Assembly: GCA_951406725.2 (NCBI GenBank)
Contig: OX597816.1
Span: 156,798,001-156,862,000 of the forward strand
Direction: 5' to 3'
From: Octopus vulgaris
Taxonomy: Eukaryota
Length of the DNA: 64,000 nt
Made by a program: the position numbers and the translations under genes. The notes below the pieces were generated by a model. It was given only the letters and a program-made list of their open reading frames with translations, was not told the DNA's origin and ran no database searches. Of this stretch, positions 26,361-40,419 are shown piece after piece. Numbering within the stretch: the first letter of the stretch is position 1; each line of letters begins with the position of its first letter.

Positions 26361-27956
26361 TAAGTGCATGGAAATATACATACAAAAAGCAATGCATAAA
26401 AACTCGATACAAGTTAATTCATTTAACTTTAACAAAGAAATGTTTCTTCGTATTATGCACCCGGGCAATGCCAAGTACATCTGCTACTCTAAGTTAATGT
26501 AATTTACAATGTGTCATACATAAATAAATCAATAATATTGTGAGAAATGTGTCATAGATTAATCAATAGTGTTTTCTTATTGAAAATGCTGAAAGTGTAT
26601 TTTATCAAAATACTCTCAAAAACTTGTGTGTGGAAACATTTGCGGGTATCACATCTACCACAGATACAGAACACGAATCTTCGTAATGTAAAATACAGTA
26701 TTAAACGTATATATCAAATAGAAAAGAGGTGTCTTGGGAGTGGTTTAATATTGCACCAGATCAGAGTATACTGTTACATTGTTTAAGAGAATTTCTTCAT
26801 AAAAAGAATTTGCAATTGCCTTCTAAATCTTTTGATGGTTTTAGAATTAGGAGAGGAATTCTTGATACTCAGGTGACTGGTTTCGTTATTGTGTATATCG
26901 GGTGAAAAGCTTGCCTAGATCAAACTGGCATTGCTGTATTAGCAAGTAGTTGTAAAAACATTACAATCCATGTGGTGCAATTACATATGCGGTGTGGGTA
27001 TTACAGAGATAAAGAAAGGAATTGAAATAATTAGCACTTTGAATGATCTGAAAAATAATTTGAGTCTCAACTCCTGCTTAGAATGAAGGAAGGGCAAATG
27101 ATTGTGTTAACTGGGACGTCATACGTATTGAAAACGATTACCTCCTATACTCTTTTACTGATTTGAACCATGCAGCTGCGGTCATATTGGAGCACCACCT
27201 ATATAATTTTTTTTCACATAGCTTTCGTCCATCTTCATATCCAGTATTCAAATTCCACCGAGCTCGGCTTTCCTTTCATTATTTTAGAGTCAATAAAATA
27301 TAAGTACCAGTTGCGTACTGGGGTTCATATAATCGATATCTTCCCTCCTAGAAATTGATGGCCTTGTGCTAAAATTTGAAATCAATATTTCATATGCATT
27401 ATTTTCCAACATATTACTTTAAGCTTCCCTGTATGAAGGATATCATGCGGTAGACATCTTCCTGTTAGCGTAAAACTTATAATAACTTGTTACAAATAGA
27501 ATACCAGGATCTTTGCGGTTTTCGTCACTGTTTACAATTTTGTTCCAATTGTTTTCAATTGTTTGATATATGGATTAAGTTTTGTATGCTAGTTATGAAA
27601 GTGAAATTCATTTTTCCTATAAATCCATAATTAAAAAGTAAAAAATTTGCGAAATTTGGGTATTTTAGCCAATCAGAAGCGAGGATTTTAGACATCACTG
27701 TGGTGAAGAAGTCTGTTTCTATAGTAACCAAAGCAAAGAATCACTTCGTATTCCAAAGCTAATTGCGAAGAGCTCTGTTTCCGTAGAAACTAAACGTGCT
27801 GCGCATGCGCACAATCAGTGTAACCATCACTTGTTCGAAAGCAGATGGAACTCACTCTCAACAACGATTAGCTTAATTTTTAGACATGTCGATGCCCACC
27901 ACCGTCTGATGATAAATGTAGCAAACGCGCTTTTTTCTGATTGATTGAAAACTCTA

Positions 27957-28140
27957 GGCGCAGGAGTGGCTGTGTGGTAAGTAGATTGCTTACCAACCAC
28001 ATGGTTCCGTGTTCAGTTCCACTCCGTGGCACCTTGGGCAATTGTCTTTACTATAGCCTCGGGCCGACCAAAGCCTTGTGAGTGAATTTGGTAGACGGAA
28101 ACTGAAAGAAGCCCGTCGTATATATATATATATATATATA

Positions 28141-28175
<35 letters not shown>

Positions 28176-28372
28176 TCCCAACATCGCTTGACAACCAATG
28201 CTGGTGGGTTTGCGTCCCCGTCACTTAGTGGTTCGGCAAGAGCGACCGATAGAATAAGTACTAGGCTTACAAAGAATAAGTCCTGGAGTCGATTTGCTCG
28301 ACTAAAGTCGGTGATTCAGCATGGCCACAGTCAAATGACCAAAACAAATAAAAGAATAAAAGAATAAAAGAA
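27957..28372 (+). mobile_element. SINE family A
   Basis: Homologous to 9951-10388. Confidence 0.9.
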
Positions 28373-29230
28373 CCTTGGAACACCTGTAACATTTCTGCAA
28401 AATGTTTCTGGAATAAATTAATAACACATTCGGATTCAGCGTCAAAAATTACATGTATATGGTACATTAAGTGTTATTTGAAAGGTAATTTTAAAGAGTG
28501 ACGAAAACCACAAAAATTCCGATATCGTATGAGGCGTTCTTTTGTTATATATTAAATGATATTATACACTGTACTCTCTTTACGCATTACTCTGAAGTAG
28601 AAGCATTTTGGGTTCTAACAACAGGCTTTTAGTACCGCTACGCCTAAACTAAATCATAATGCACACGAACTCGCGCGTGCACACTCACACGGACACACGT
28701 GCATGAATAAAGGTGTGTTTGCGCGCGCCTATATGTGTACTTTCATATATCTGTAAATATGTTTATGTCCAGGTATATTTCTACCACTCGCTCAGGTGAT
28801 TATATTGTCTGCAATGCGTGCGGCTACAAATAAAATGCTATTTGTGACATAAAAGCGAATGCATCATTATTTTTGTTACTATTAGTATTTTTATCTCTAA
28901 TCTTTTTTTTTTTTTTTCGGTTTCGTTTTTTATATCGTCTGTGCAAAAGCTTTTGTTCGTTTGATGGGGATTGTCTGGTCGACATTTGTTTTGAAAGACG
29001 GCTTGTGGAGAAGATATTTTCAAATCATTTATCCATAAATAGAACAGAAAAAATTCTCGCCTATCTCAGGCGAGGAATTTTTCACTTACACTCGCGATCT
29101 CCTTGAGTAAACATTCTGCGCAATAACGTAACAACTCTAATACGATTTTAGTAAACTTAAAAAACAATATGTGTAGACGTATACACAAATACAGATATTT
29201 TACCGAGGTGTTATAATAATAATAATAATG

Positions 29231-29410
<180 letters not shown>

Positions 29411-29415
29411 TCAAT

Positions 29416-29972
29416 TGCCCTGATGCAGTACCAGGCAGTGGTTCTCATGGCTTCTGATCTTCACTGATTGGGAGTGTTATCATGTACATTGATTTGTCTT
29501 GGTAAAAAAGATGGGCTACACCAAATATTCTGCTCAATACAGCAGATTTGCTTGTCACTTGATTGATTTTAACCAGTTGAGCATGTCCCTTAGTGACTGA
29601 TGATATGTGCATCTCTGATCATGAACTGAAGTAGTGGAGAGAGCATCATGGCCATGTGTTGAAAGGAATTTTCAGAATTTTGGATAAATCACCTTTGGAA
29701 ACATGGGTGTTTCGTTCAACATCCTTAAACAATCCTTATTCAGGGACCTTTTGAGCAGGATGTGCTATTCGAATAGATGAAAATTGTAACTGGGCAACAC
29801 CAGCAAGGTCATGTGCTGTTTATCTTGATATGAGATCACCATGTAGCGCACGTATGGTTGTGATGCCTGTGCCTGGTGTACCCTTATCAGACGGTTAGTT
29901 ATGATGGGTATACTGGGCTTGGTATGTTTTACCCCAGTGTCACTTTGATGTCATACACTGCTCTCTCACTCA
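29416..29972. mobile_element. ~556-bp non-coding interspersed element embedded in (TAA)n, copy 1
   Basis: Runs tgccctgatgcagtaccaggc to ctctctcactca; same ends at 43714, 48771 and 54340. Confidence 0.9.
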
Positions 29973-30008
29973 ATAATAATAATAATAATAATAATAATCA
30001 TAACAATA

Positions 30009-30153
<145 letters not shown>

Positions 30154-30170
30154 AATGATAATAATAATAA

Positions 30171-30650
30171 TCCACTGCCAGTAGAACAAAAGGGATGTGG
30201 TAAAGGATCCAATGGCACCAAGAAGCACCTTGTTGCAGACAAGGTTATAATGAAGAACAGTAAACGATACCAAAAAAACTTATGCATGTTGCCGCATTCG
30301 TGGATTTTTGAAACACTCGACATACGTGGAATAGCTTAGAACGTGTGTGCTCTGATTAAGAACAGCATACCTAGTGCGAAAAAACGTCTTTCATGTAATA
30401 ACCATCACTAAGCCGAGGTAACAATCAAAATAGATGTCTTCCAAGGAGACTCTTGTTCACCTCTGTTATTTGTTATTTGTTATAGCACTGATCCCATTTT
30501 TGTAGTCCTACGCAAAGTCAACGCGCACTACGAGCTGAGAAAGAATGGACTCAACCAACTTTTCTTGATGGATTATTTGAAACTTTTCGCAAAAACAGTG
30601 CGTGAAATGGAAAGGGTGGTTGAGACTATGCAAATGTGTGCAGTAAGGAT
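30171..30650 (+). mobile_element. Decayed R4/Dong RT fragment
   Basis: PVEQKGC, LPHSWI, FQGDSCSPLLF and LFLMDYLKLF correspond to motifs of ORF 50383-52617. Confidence 0.8.
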
Positions 30651-30951
30651 ATATGGATGGAGGTGGTGGTGGTGGTGATTTTTTTGTGGTTGCATATATG
30701 GAATGGCTCGTGTTTGAGGTGTTAGAGGTGTTGATATTGATGCAGTGTCCGTTTTGGTCGTATTTGGTTTTGTTTTTTTATTCTTTTCTTTCCCCTTCTC
30801 GTGTGGATAAGGATTGTTGTTGTTGTTTGTCTATATCTTTATTTTTTCTTCTGTCTCTTTTACGTTCTTTTGTTTTTAACTGCCAGTTTCCATCGTGGCA
30901 CGCCTCCCCAGCTGTGATGTGCACTCGCTCTGCATTAGGAAGTTGAGTCTG

Positions 30952-31608
30952 TTATGGCGCTGAGAATTGTTTTGGTGAACTCGGTGTCGGTATGGTGGTT
31001 GTTGTTAGTGCTGCTACGACTGAATCAGCTGGTGGTGATGGTGCTGTTGCTATTGTCACTGGAGTTCTGGGGGCTGTTGTTGGTGTAGAGGGGAGTGGTG
31101 CCCGTCTCTCTTTTTCGCTTTGTTTAGGACAGTCGATTTTTAAATGCTTAGGTGAAAAGTAAAGCTGGCACTTTGCTTTCTTTCCATTAACCCTGACGGG
31201 AATTATACTGCCGCTACGAAGAAGAATCTGGTCTGGGATAAGACCCACATCGTTTTGTGTTGTTTGAATGAGTTCTATGGTCATACCTGACCAGTGTTTT
31301 TCTTTTTAGCCTGATAGGCTTCGAGGATTTTCGAATTTTCCTCGATGTCTATTATCACAGCCGCAATTAGCCAGAGAATGATTATTTCTGACGGCATTTG
31401 CTGGATAATGATTTTTGTCATTCTCTGACCGCAGTAGAAAGGAACTAGCAACAGCTCTTCGTTTTTGAGAGGATTCCGAGTGTGTTGTTTGGTTTCTTCC
31501 TCGGTGTGGAATTGAACGTCCATAGGCCTTTCTTCTCTGAATATATTCCTTTGGATTGCAGAGGGAACTTAAAGCTTGTTGTATTTGAGCTTTTGTGGAT
31601 CTTTCCAC
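30952..31608 (-). pseudogene. Frameshifted gag-like ORF1 relic, probably Tx1/L1 clade
   Basis: Three overlapping ORFs ending in a degenerate zinc knuckle (CQLYFSPKHLKIDCP) and a Pro/Thr-rich tail. Confidence 0.55.
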
Positions 31609-31855
31609 CTTCCTTGACTTTAACCCAATTATACGCTACGTCACTGTGCGACGTATCGTAGCTTGGATTTCTCAGCTGGGGGTATACAACTTTACAGCTA
31701 GTCCATCTCTCTCGACTAGCTGTCTATCATATGTCAGTTCTTCTGATGGGAATTATATTCTCTGAAGAGATGATGTAGCTACTCCAACAAAAGAAAGATT
31801 TGAAAGTCTGTTCCAAGCCGTTGTACCGGTTTGCTTCTCAGCTCCTTCATTGCCT

Positions 31856-31888
<33 letters not shown>

Positions 31889-32769
31889 CATTTGCTGCTG
31901 CCGTTTTTGGTTTTATTGCTGCTATTGTCACGTTTAAGAGATTCAGCGCCGAGCTGAATAACAACATGGGTGTGCTACACTGGGCTCTCCATACAAAAAC
32001 AAATCTAATCTAATAACATTGATGGATTAGGAAAAAAGGAACTTATGGAAAACTTGAAGGAAGCAACCTTTTAACGAAAATAACCACAAAAACGAAATTT
32101 TACTGCCATACAAAGCAGTTTCTCCTATGCACGATGTCTTAGTGAAACGTGCGAAATCAACATCGGAAAGTTTACAAATTATAAAATATAAATGGAACAA
32201 AACGGTAAGTAAATTGATCAATTATGCATACACTCGAATGTCTATACAATCATATATAAACATACATCCCAATGTTTACACAACTCTGAAATTTATAGGA
32301 CAAACATACACGCATAGGAAAGTACGTGTCACAAATGAAGCAAAACAATGACAAAACAATTTTCTTCGAACTAACACAGACAGAGTGAATAATTCATAAG
32401 TTTCAAAACACCGCAAAAAACTATGCCCCGAGATAAATCTATCAACAAAAAAAAATACAAATGAATACTGATCTCTTAGCCTTAAGAAGCTATGGTACGA
32501 GCAATCTTTTCATTCAGAGAACTCGGAGGCGGTGTTGTTTAAAAAATTAACCATAAACAGACAGATCCGCTCCATAATGTCAACGTCCAAACTCGTCATG
32601 CCTCAATGATAAACAAAGCAAAATACAAACAGGTTCGGCCGTCACTCGGATCAACAAGACTGGATGAGAAAAATCAACTACTGGTTCAAATCTCTATCAC
32701 CTGCACTATGCATCCGCGAAGTTCTCAACGAGTCTATGTGGTAAGATAAGAAAACGACAATATCCCTAC

Positions 32770-33722
32770 AAAAAGCTATTTGGCAAGAGCGTATTCAGCA
32801 CCAAATTCAGCTACTTAGGTCTGACATAGAATGTTTAAGAAACAATACTATCTAACCCACAAAAATCCGAAAATGAAAGAAAATGTATAATATGAAAACC
32901 ATACTTGACATTGATAGCACCATAGAAAATATCAAGCAAAAGTTATCTGCTAAAGCTGCCCGCATAGCACGGTATGAAAAGTGCGTTAGATTCTTCAAGG
33001 GCAACAACATGTTCAAAAATAACCAAAACTTTTTACAGAAAGATAGGGAAAATACCAGTTACAGTAATCTCTGTCCCATCAATAGAAGAAATGCAGGAAT
33101 TTTGGAAAAAAATTTGGGCAAAAGAAAAAACACAAAAAAAGTTCCTTTAGATGGATAGAATATTTACTGATTTAACTCCTTAGAAGAGCAACAGAGGGGG
33201 GGTATCAAGGTAGAGGGTGTAAGATCAGCTCTCATGAAGTCAAACAAACGGAATTCCATAGGATAGGATAAAAGTCCTTACTTCTAGTTGAATGCGTTCT
33301 CAGTGAGTCATGAACTGTTAACAAAACTTTATAACAATGCTGTGCAACAACCTAGTACGATTCCCTTTTAGCTAGTTCATGGTGTTACATTTCTACTTCC
33401 AAAAATTGAAACAAATGAACCAAAAAATTATTGACCCATAACCTGCTTAACAACAATGTATAACATGCTAACATCTGCTTCCTAGCAATTGTTAAAAAGG
33501 ATGCAATTTGCCTCGATAAATGTGCAAAAACTACTTTTATCACAGAAAGTATGATAGAAACATCCAATAGTAATCTTTACCAACAGAATGTCATAAAGGT
33601 GGTAGAACAAGCGGAGAGCTACAAATACCTAGACTTATTTGAAGGTGATGGAATCAAACATTCAATGATGAAGGAAAGGATCAGAGAAGAATGTTATCGC
33701 AGGATGAGGGCAGTGCTCACCA
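32770..33722 (+). mobile_element. Decayed, internally deleted R4/Dong fragment
   Basis: KQKLSAKAARIARYEK, GVTFLLPK, PITCLTT and YKYL...MKERIREECYRRMRAVL match the 49.4-52.8 kb element. Confidence 0.8.
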
Positions 33723-33862
33723 GGTACTTACTTTAATCACCCACAAAGTTTAAAGGGACAAGTCTACCTCGGCAGAATTTGAACTCAGAAAGTAAAGACG
33801 GACGAAATACCGTTAAGGATTTTTGCCCGTCGTGTTAACGCTTTTGCCAGCTCACCAGCTTA
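33722..33862 (-). mobile_element. SINE family B, 5' part
   Basis: cctcggcagaatttgaactcagaa...gccagctcacc is the reverse complement of the SINE-B head. Confidence 0.7.
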
Positions 33863-34847
33863 ACAACAACCGCATTCAAAATTTTTACTTTATTACCCAT
33901 TAATGATTCGCAAAAAAATGGTTAAGGACTATAGAGGGCAACAGTTTGAGTCTACATAAAACCTTAAGAATATTAACATAATTAAAACAAAGATACAAAA
34001 CATTCGAACGAGAAATAATTATCCCAAAATGGCAAGCCTCCAAGGGTGGCTTGCGGAAACCCCATTAAAATATCAATGAGCCTGGCCATTGGGGCATATA
34101 TACTCCTATTATCATCTTCGGTGAATCTAGAAGCACCTACTTATTGCAAGACCGCTTATTCGAAGCTTCTTTGCCATTGTTATCTGCCTTTCAACAAAAT
34201 TTCTTTGAGGTATCACTTCCCTCTTCCATTTCACTTTACATTTCAGTTTGAAAATAGTTGATGAGGGCTTAGCAAAGGACAACGAATGCATATGTCTTCA
34301 GACTTTTCAGCCTCATTAACTAAACAAGCCATTAATTAGACAGGTGACGACTACTTGTCATTTCCAACCAAAGAAAGCGGCAAGGCGATCTTCACAATGG
34401 ATTCGACTAATAGCCGGATGCACCCCGCACGCGAGTAAACAATGTAGGCGATGCTTGGTCACATGACAGTCACGTTCAGAACAGTTTGGTGTCTGCTCTA
34501 TGCGCTCCTCGGCCAGGCCCGGCTCACAGCACTTCATTACTTGCTAAGATTATCGCCGACCGCTAAAGACTTCTTGTAGCACTGCAGGCCAGGTAGTTAT
34601 GATTATTATCCTTGGGCACCGGCATACTCGTCACAAATCTTCTACTGAAAGCCTGAGTGTACATTCAACAGACCCACTGCTCAACTGGCAGAGTGCTATG
34701 AATACCTGAAAACAATTTAGATGCCAAGCGCCCTGCCACATGCTACACTTGAACAGGACTGCAGCTTAATCAAGTAAACGACTTGTGGTGAAGCGAATCT
34801 GACAACAGTGACGGAAACTACTCACTGCCAAGAAAATCCTGTAGATA

Positions 34848-35082
34848 AGGCAGCGAGCTGGCAGAAACGTTAGCACGCTGGGCTAAATGCTTAGCGGTAT
34901 TTCGTCAGCCGCTACGTTCTGAGTTCAAATTCCGCCGAGGTCGACTTTGCCTTTCATTCTTTCGGGGTCGATTAAATAAGTACCAGTTATGCACTGGGGT
35001 CAATATAGTCGACTTAATCCGTTTGTCTGTCCTTGTTTGTCCCCTCTGTGTGTAGCCTCTTGTGGGCAATAAAGAAATAAGT
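34848..35082 (+). mobile_element. tRNA-derived SINE family B, full length
   Basis: A-box-like tggcagaaacgttag, B-box gagttcaaattcc, central gcctttcattctttcggggtcgat (Meta/MESC-like, from recall); aaatcctg repeated on both flanks. Confidence 0.9.
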
Positions 35083-36489
35083 AAATCCTGGATATGTTGC
35101 AGTCTCAGAGCATGTCTGCGAATCAGCAGCTACCGTACGCCTAATCCTCCACACCTTTGACTCAATACAGCCTATGACAACTTGAACCCGTGCCCTCCGC
35201 AGACAGCGGGATGGCAGGCATCCAGTAAATTGTAAACGGGACAAGGCACAACAATTATGTGATAATTTGATACTAATATGGCAGAGGCAATTTATGCAAA
35301 GTCTCTCCTGCTGGAATTTCAGGGAAAGTATCTAATGTTAATATCACCAACATTTACGTAGGTATCAGCGTATTTAACGTACAGGTAATTTTAAAAGTCA
35401 AACAGGATTCAATATTAGATGAGCCAACTATGAAATTAGTCGATGGTTGATATCTCTTTGATGCCGGAAATGTTTCCGCTTCGTTGAGCAATATCATCGG
35501 AAGTGAATCTTCGTAGCGGCCTTACAAATATGCAGTAAATAAATCGTTAACATATTAAAAATAAAATATTCACAGTTATAGTTACTCCGTGGTTGCATAT
35601 TGGGTAAGCATGCAGGAAACATTTTTTCTTTCTGCCTATTTGTTTTGCGACCACCTCCACAATTTACTGTGAGGCCAAACGCCCGCCAATAATACTAATT
35701 TTAGCGAAAACATACCTGATATTTCTCCACACTTGCAGATAAAGGAACAAAATAGTATTTCTCATCTACTACGTGTAATTTTCTCAAAGTATATTTAATG
35801 TAAAACGCCCCTTCAAGCCTGTCAACTTCAAGCCGTCAACGAAAAGCTTGAAGTAGCAACCAAATGTTTCTGATCTCAGGCAATATACATTTATAAATCT
35901 AAGATATACTGGATAATACCGTATTCGAACACGAATATACAAACGGAATAGTTACGATTGATTTTATGTTTGATCTACTTAAACTGGGGGTGGGGTCAAA
36001 CGAAATCATTTTTTATGTTTCACAGACCGAATTGCAGTTGGGAATTATACCCGGAGAGAGATAAGGGGAGAGAGAGAGAGTTCTGATTGAATTGGAATAT
36101 ATTAAAAGTGGTTTGTTCTAGGACCTCTTAACATCTATTCACTTACAGCATATCTAGGGCCATATTACCCCGTTATTCCTTTCGTCCTTCTCCCCACTTT
36201 TTGTAAGATTGTACATGTGTTTTGCGAGAGAATTTGATAAAAATTCGATTACCCCGCAGATGCTTCTGTCTTTGGCTCACGACAGAAGAGCTATTCATAT
36301 TTAAAGGGCATTTTAACGAGGACTTCACATTAAAAGATTGAATAATGTGAGCAAAGAAACACTTCATTAATATATAACAATTATGTTACTACAGATACTC
36401 TGTAAAATATCTATAAGGATAGTCAAAAACGTTCAGTCGACATTAAGAAAACCAGTGGCACTGTACTTTACATTTTATTGTCAAGTTTG

Positions 36490-37050
36490 TTAATGAACTG
36501 GTGTCATATCTAGGAGGCTCTCAGGATGATAGGTTAACGGCAATCGTTTTATCTCACTGAATAATTAACAAAATAGAAGGGAATAGAAGTAGAAATTTTT
36601 AAAACATCAATCTTACTATAGCGCTGCTTATATGGTTAAATGAAGCAGCGACAAAAATTCATATCACTCAAGTTCGAAGAGTGCTTACAGAGATCTATGT
36701 TTTGTATACATCAGAAACCTGGACTCTAGACACCTCAATGTCCACCAAACATCTCAGGGGAGCTCAAATATATTGCGTGGTTCGCACATAAGACCAAAAG
36801 GGGAGATTTACGGAATCGTTCCAACTATCTCTAATAGTGATGCTCACGTAAGAAGGGTAGGCTGTATTTGCTAATATTTGGCAAAATCATGCTTTTTCGG
36901 ATGCTATATTTTGAGATGCCCTCACTCTCTTAGAAACCAATGAGCTATCAAATACATCGATGTTAATGTTAGAGATACACGCAACAAAATCGAGGAAGTA
37001 CATACATTAATGGAAGGAAAGGGATTTGTGGTATAGTGTTCTGAAATGCA
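36490..37050 (+). mobile_element. Very old RTE-like LINE relic
   Basis: VLYTSETWTL near 36700 resembles the RTE LLYGxExW motif; otherwise heavily decayed. Confidence 0.3.
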
Positions 37051-37294
37051 TTTTCGTTGTAGTCACTTGAATAAGAAAATATGTTAGGTATAGCATGCTG
37101 CTTTTCGGGTACGGCAGATGTAAGTCAACACAATAAGACAAAATTAACACTACGCATGATATAAAATATCATTTCAAGATATAAAAAGCATATTTTATAT
37201 ATATATAATACCATTCGCTCTATGATAGCTCAATCGTTCGTACATGAGATTCATGTTGTTGTTCAAGAGATTTAAGTTTCTGTACATACATATA

Positions 37295-37349
<55 letters not shown>

Positions 37350-38121
37350 CTTACTTGGAAGAGTAAGCGTGGCGTTCAATCATATAGTAATATAAATAGT
37401 ATATATATATGAATATATACATACGTATATGTACATACTTACATCTATACGAATATATATGCCTGTATGTGCAAATTTGGTAACACAAACAGGACAGTAA
37501 AAACAAACAGGAAGGGCTACTAACCCTAAACGAGGCTCCCACGTGACCTTCGGCCATCTTTCTTACTTCTCTTAACTTGTGTTTCTTTATATCCGTTGTA
37601 GCTGGAACAAGGAAGACGTGTTCTTGTTTGTCTCCTGTTCAAGCTTGCTTTACACGTTTGCCACCACAACCTTTAGTTGAATTGGATATATCTGCCACGT
37701 AAATAAGCGTGAATATTTCACGGAAGTGACTTATGCGCTAGCGTAAAGTGATTGGTGATATAAAATATTTATTTCAATAAGAAAACAATACATTTTTCAC
37801 TATCCAATTACTTCCGCCACTTCCACCACCACCACGTCCATTTTTACCACTTAGCCAATCCAACGAGTTATATGCTGATAGCTTGTAAAATCATGAGCTG
37901 ATATGCCCGAAACATACAAGACCATGATTTTATAAGTCTTTAAACTGCCTAGGTGATTCACCCTCAACCCAGGTGCTTGATACTGACAAGCCAAAATAAT
38001 GGCGAAACATTGATGTCCATTATTCCCTGTCCGTGCTTTAATACGGGTGGCATGAAAGTTATATACGCTTTTGCAGCCACTGGAAATAACACAATGCGTA
38101 TATATTAGCATATGTGTTTAT

Positions 38122-38170
<49 letters not shown>

Positions 38171-38174
<4 letters not shown>

Positions 38175-38515
38175 AATATGTTACATTACTCGGCAGTCAA
38201 TATAAAACAGTGTGTTTCAGATGCCGAAGTGGAAATCCACAACACCATCTCTTCGGTTATCTGAAACACACAGTTTTATCTTGACTGCCGAGTAATGTAA
38301 CATATTATTGTATATATATATATAAACGTTATTTTTTCATAGCGTTTTCAAATAGCCAGATAACCGAAGAGATGGTGTTGTGGATTTCCACTTCGGCATC
38401 TGAAACTCAGAGTTTTATCTTGACTACCGAGTAATGTAACATATTATTGTATAGATAAATTTCCTCTATTTACATAATATTGAGGTCTCTTTCTTTCTTT
38501 TGTTATCTTACCGTT

Positions 38516-38522
<7 letters not shown>
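38171..38522. mobile_element. Foldback element with a hammerhead-like motif, within (TA)n
   Basis: 38171-38263 is the near-exact reverse complement of 38357-38449; 38259-38310 repeats 38398-38449. Confidence 0.75.
38358..38420 (+). ncRNA. Variant minimal type I hammerhead-like motif
   Basis: AGATAA-CCGAAGA-GATG...CATC-T-GAAA-CTC(a)GAG-TT-TTATCT; core has C in place of U4 and one extra nucleotide before GAAA. Confidence 0.5.
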
Positions 38523-38559
<37 letters not shown>

Positions 38560-38562
38560 TCA

Positions 38563-40419
38563 TCTATACATATATAAACACAAGTTGCTTGTTTGGGTGT
38601 CTGTTTGTGTCAAGTTGCTGTCTACACCTGTGAACAAAATTTCGTGAAACTTTGCAAACATGTTAAGGTAACATTCAATTTGTTACTACGCTCATTGATG
38701 TTTAATATAAATCTATAATTGGATGGCTAGGGCCCTAGAAGGGGTCCACACATATATAACCCATTTGTTTCCTTTAACACCCAAGGGATTTAACCCATTC
38801 ATTATGCAATATATAATAAATGAGAAAACGTATAAATACTTCTCCGATTTAATACAGAAGCTGTAACAAAACGTGTGGAATATATTTTCGTTTGCAAAAC
38901 AGCTAGCACTAGAATCGAAATCAAATCTTCCATTTTCCCATTAGCTAGCAAATGCTATGGTTCGTAATTAAAAACAATATGACCACACAGGTTGACAGTA
39001 AGAACAATAGATATCCTTAGTGATGTATTTCATCGGCACGTGACATTTAACCTCGTGCTCGCACGAAAACTACGGTAAAGCGTTCAATAATAGATCCACT
39101 TATTTCAGTTAGTGACTTATTCACGAATATACCACAAATGACGATGCCTTTCGTGTCACTTCAGGCAATTGACAAGCGCTGCATGAAGAACTGTTCTGTT
39201 TTTAGATAAATGCACTGTCATCACAAATGTTACACTCTGAAAGGAAACCTTCTTAATTTATGTTGATTAATATTTTGTAAGGATGTACTCTATGTAACAG
39301 CCAACCACGCAAGCAGAGAGAAATCGTCATTTATCTATGAATATTATTGCAATCTGAACTGTCCTCATGCAGTTCACACGCTGTTTACATGCATGGATGT
39401 TTTCTTAATTGATATTGATTGCTGTGTTGATGTTTCCTTAATGTACCCTTTAGTTTTCTTTAACGGCCAATGCGAAATAACTGATCTAAAATCCCTCATT
39501 TTTCTTTTCCACCCACTGCTCGTCAGCAGTCATAAAGGTCACACGCTGTTTACATGTAGGAACAATTTCTTAATTTATATTGATGGTTGTGCCCCGCGAA
39601 AAAGATCAAATCTCAGTTCTCGATGTGTGCGTGCACGAAAACTGCAACTAAAGCGTTCACAGGTATGTCACCTAATAAATGCTTCCCACTATCGATGTAA
39701 ACCGTAGCGCCCAGCACACACTTTACCACGTTTCTTATCACATATAGTGCTCTTATTTAAACTAACACTTAAATTGATAATTCAACTAATTTAAGTTGTA
39801 CAAATGGTTACTCACAAGTAAAACAATTTATCTTTTTATTACTTAAGAGACAGTAACAGAAACAGAAACTCATCTTGCTCCGGCCAGAACAGTCAGTAGA
39901 AGGACAAGGCAAAATGAGACGGCAGTGGAGAGACAAGCTCGCCTTGCTGCAGATACAACAGCCTATAGAAGGGCAAGACCGTCAGAGACAGCAGTGACTA
40001 CAGAAGCTCGACTTTTTGCGCATAGACTATACCAAGAAAGTGCAGGGCAAACAGAGATGACAGTGGGGAGACAAGCTCGCCTAATTGCACAGAGAGTATA
40101 CCAAGAAAGAGCAAGTCAGGCAAAAACATAGAGAAGCTCGCCAAGCCGCAGACAGAGAGTCACACCGACTCACGACACAAGTCGAACACTCCTTCGAAAG
40201 AAGTCTAAGACAGACACTCGAAAGGACAGCGCGAGCATCAAACAACCAGAACTGACTTCACGATTTGAGTGTACATAACTTATTTGGATTTCCTAAAAAC
40301 AAGAACAAATGTAAGACAATTGGGTATTCTCTGTAAATCTACAAAAACCGTTTTAAGGGCTATATACTTTGTATTGTCTTTATTGGATTAGCGAAACAAT
40401 TACCGGATACGTCAGGTAG
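38563..40419 (+). mobile_element. Non-autonomous Helitron-like element with a relic of N-terminal peptide repeats
   Basis: A|TCTATACATAT start; end ccggatacgtcaggtag|T (CTAG variant, duplicated to 40451); ORF 39925-40131 has ETxxxRxARL repeats. Confidence 0.5.

Noticed and set aside
26800-27110. Possible minus-strand Penelope RT relic (HNHLPFL)
   Set aside because: A single short motif in decayed sequence is insufficient.
34849-34940. tRNA-like A and B boxes here and at the SINE-A heads
   Set aside because: No complete cloverleaf, and they are embedded in multi-copy SINEs, so they are not tRNA genes.
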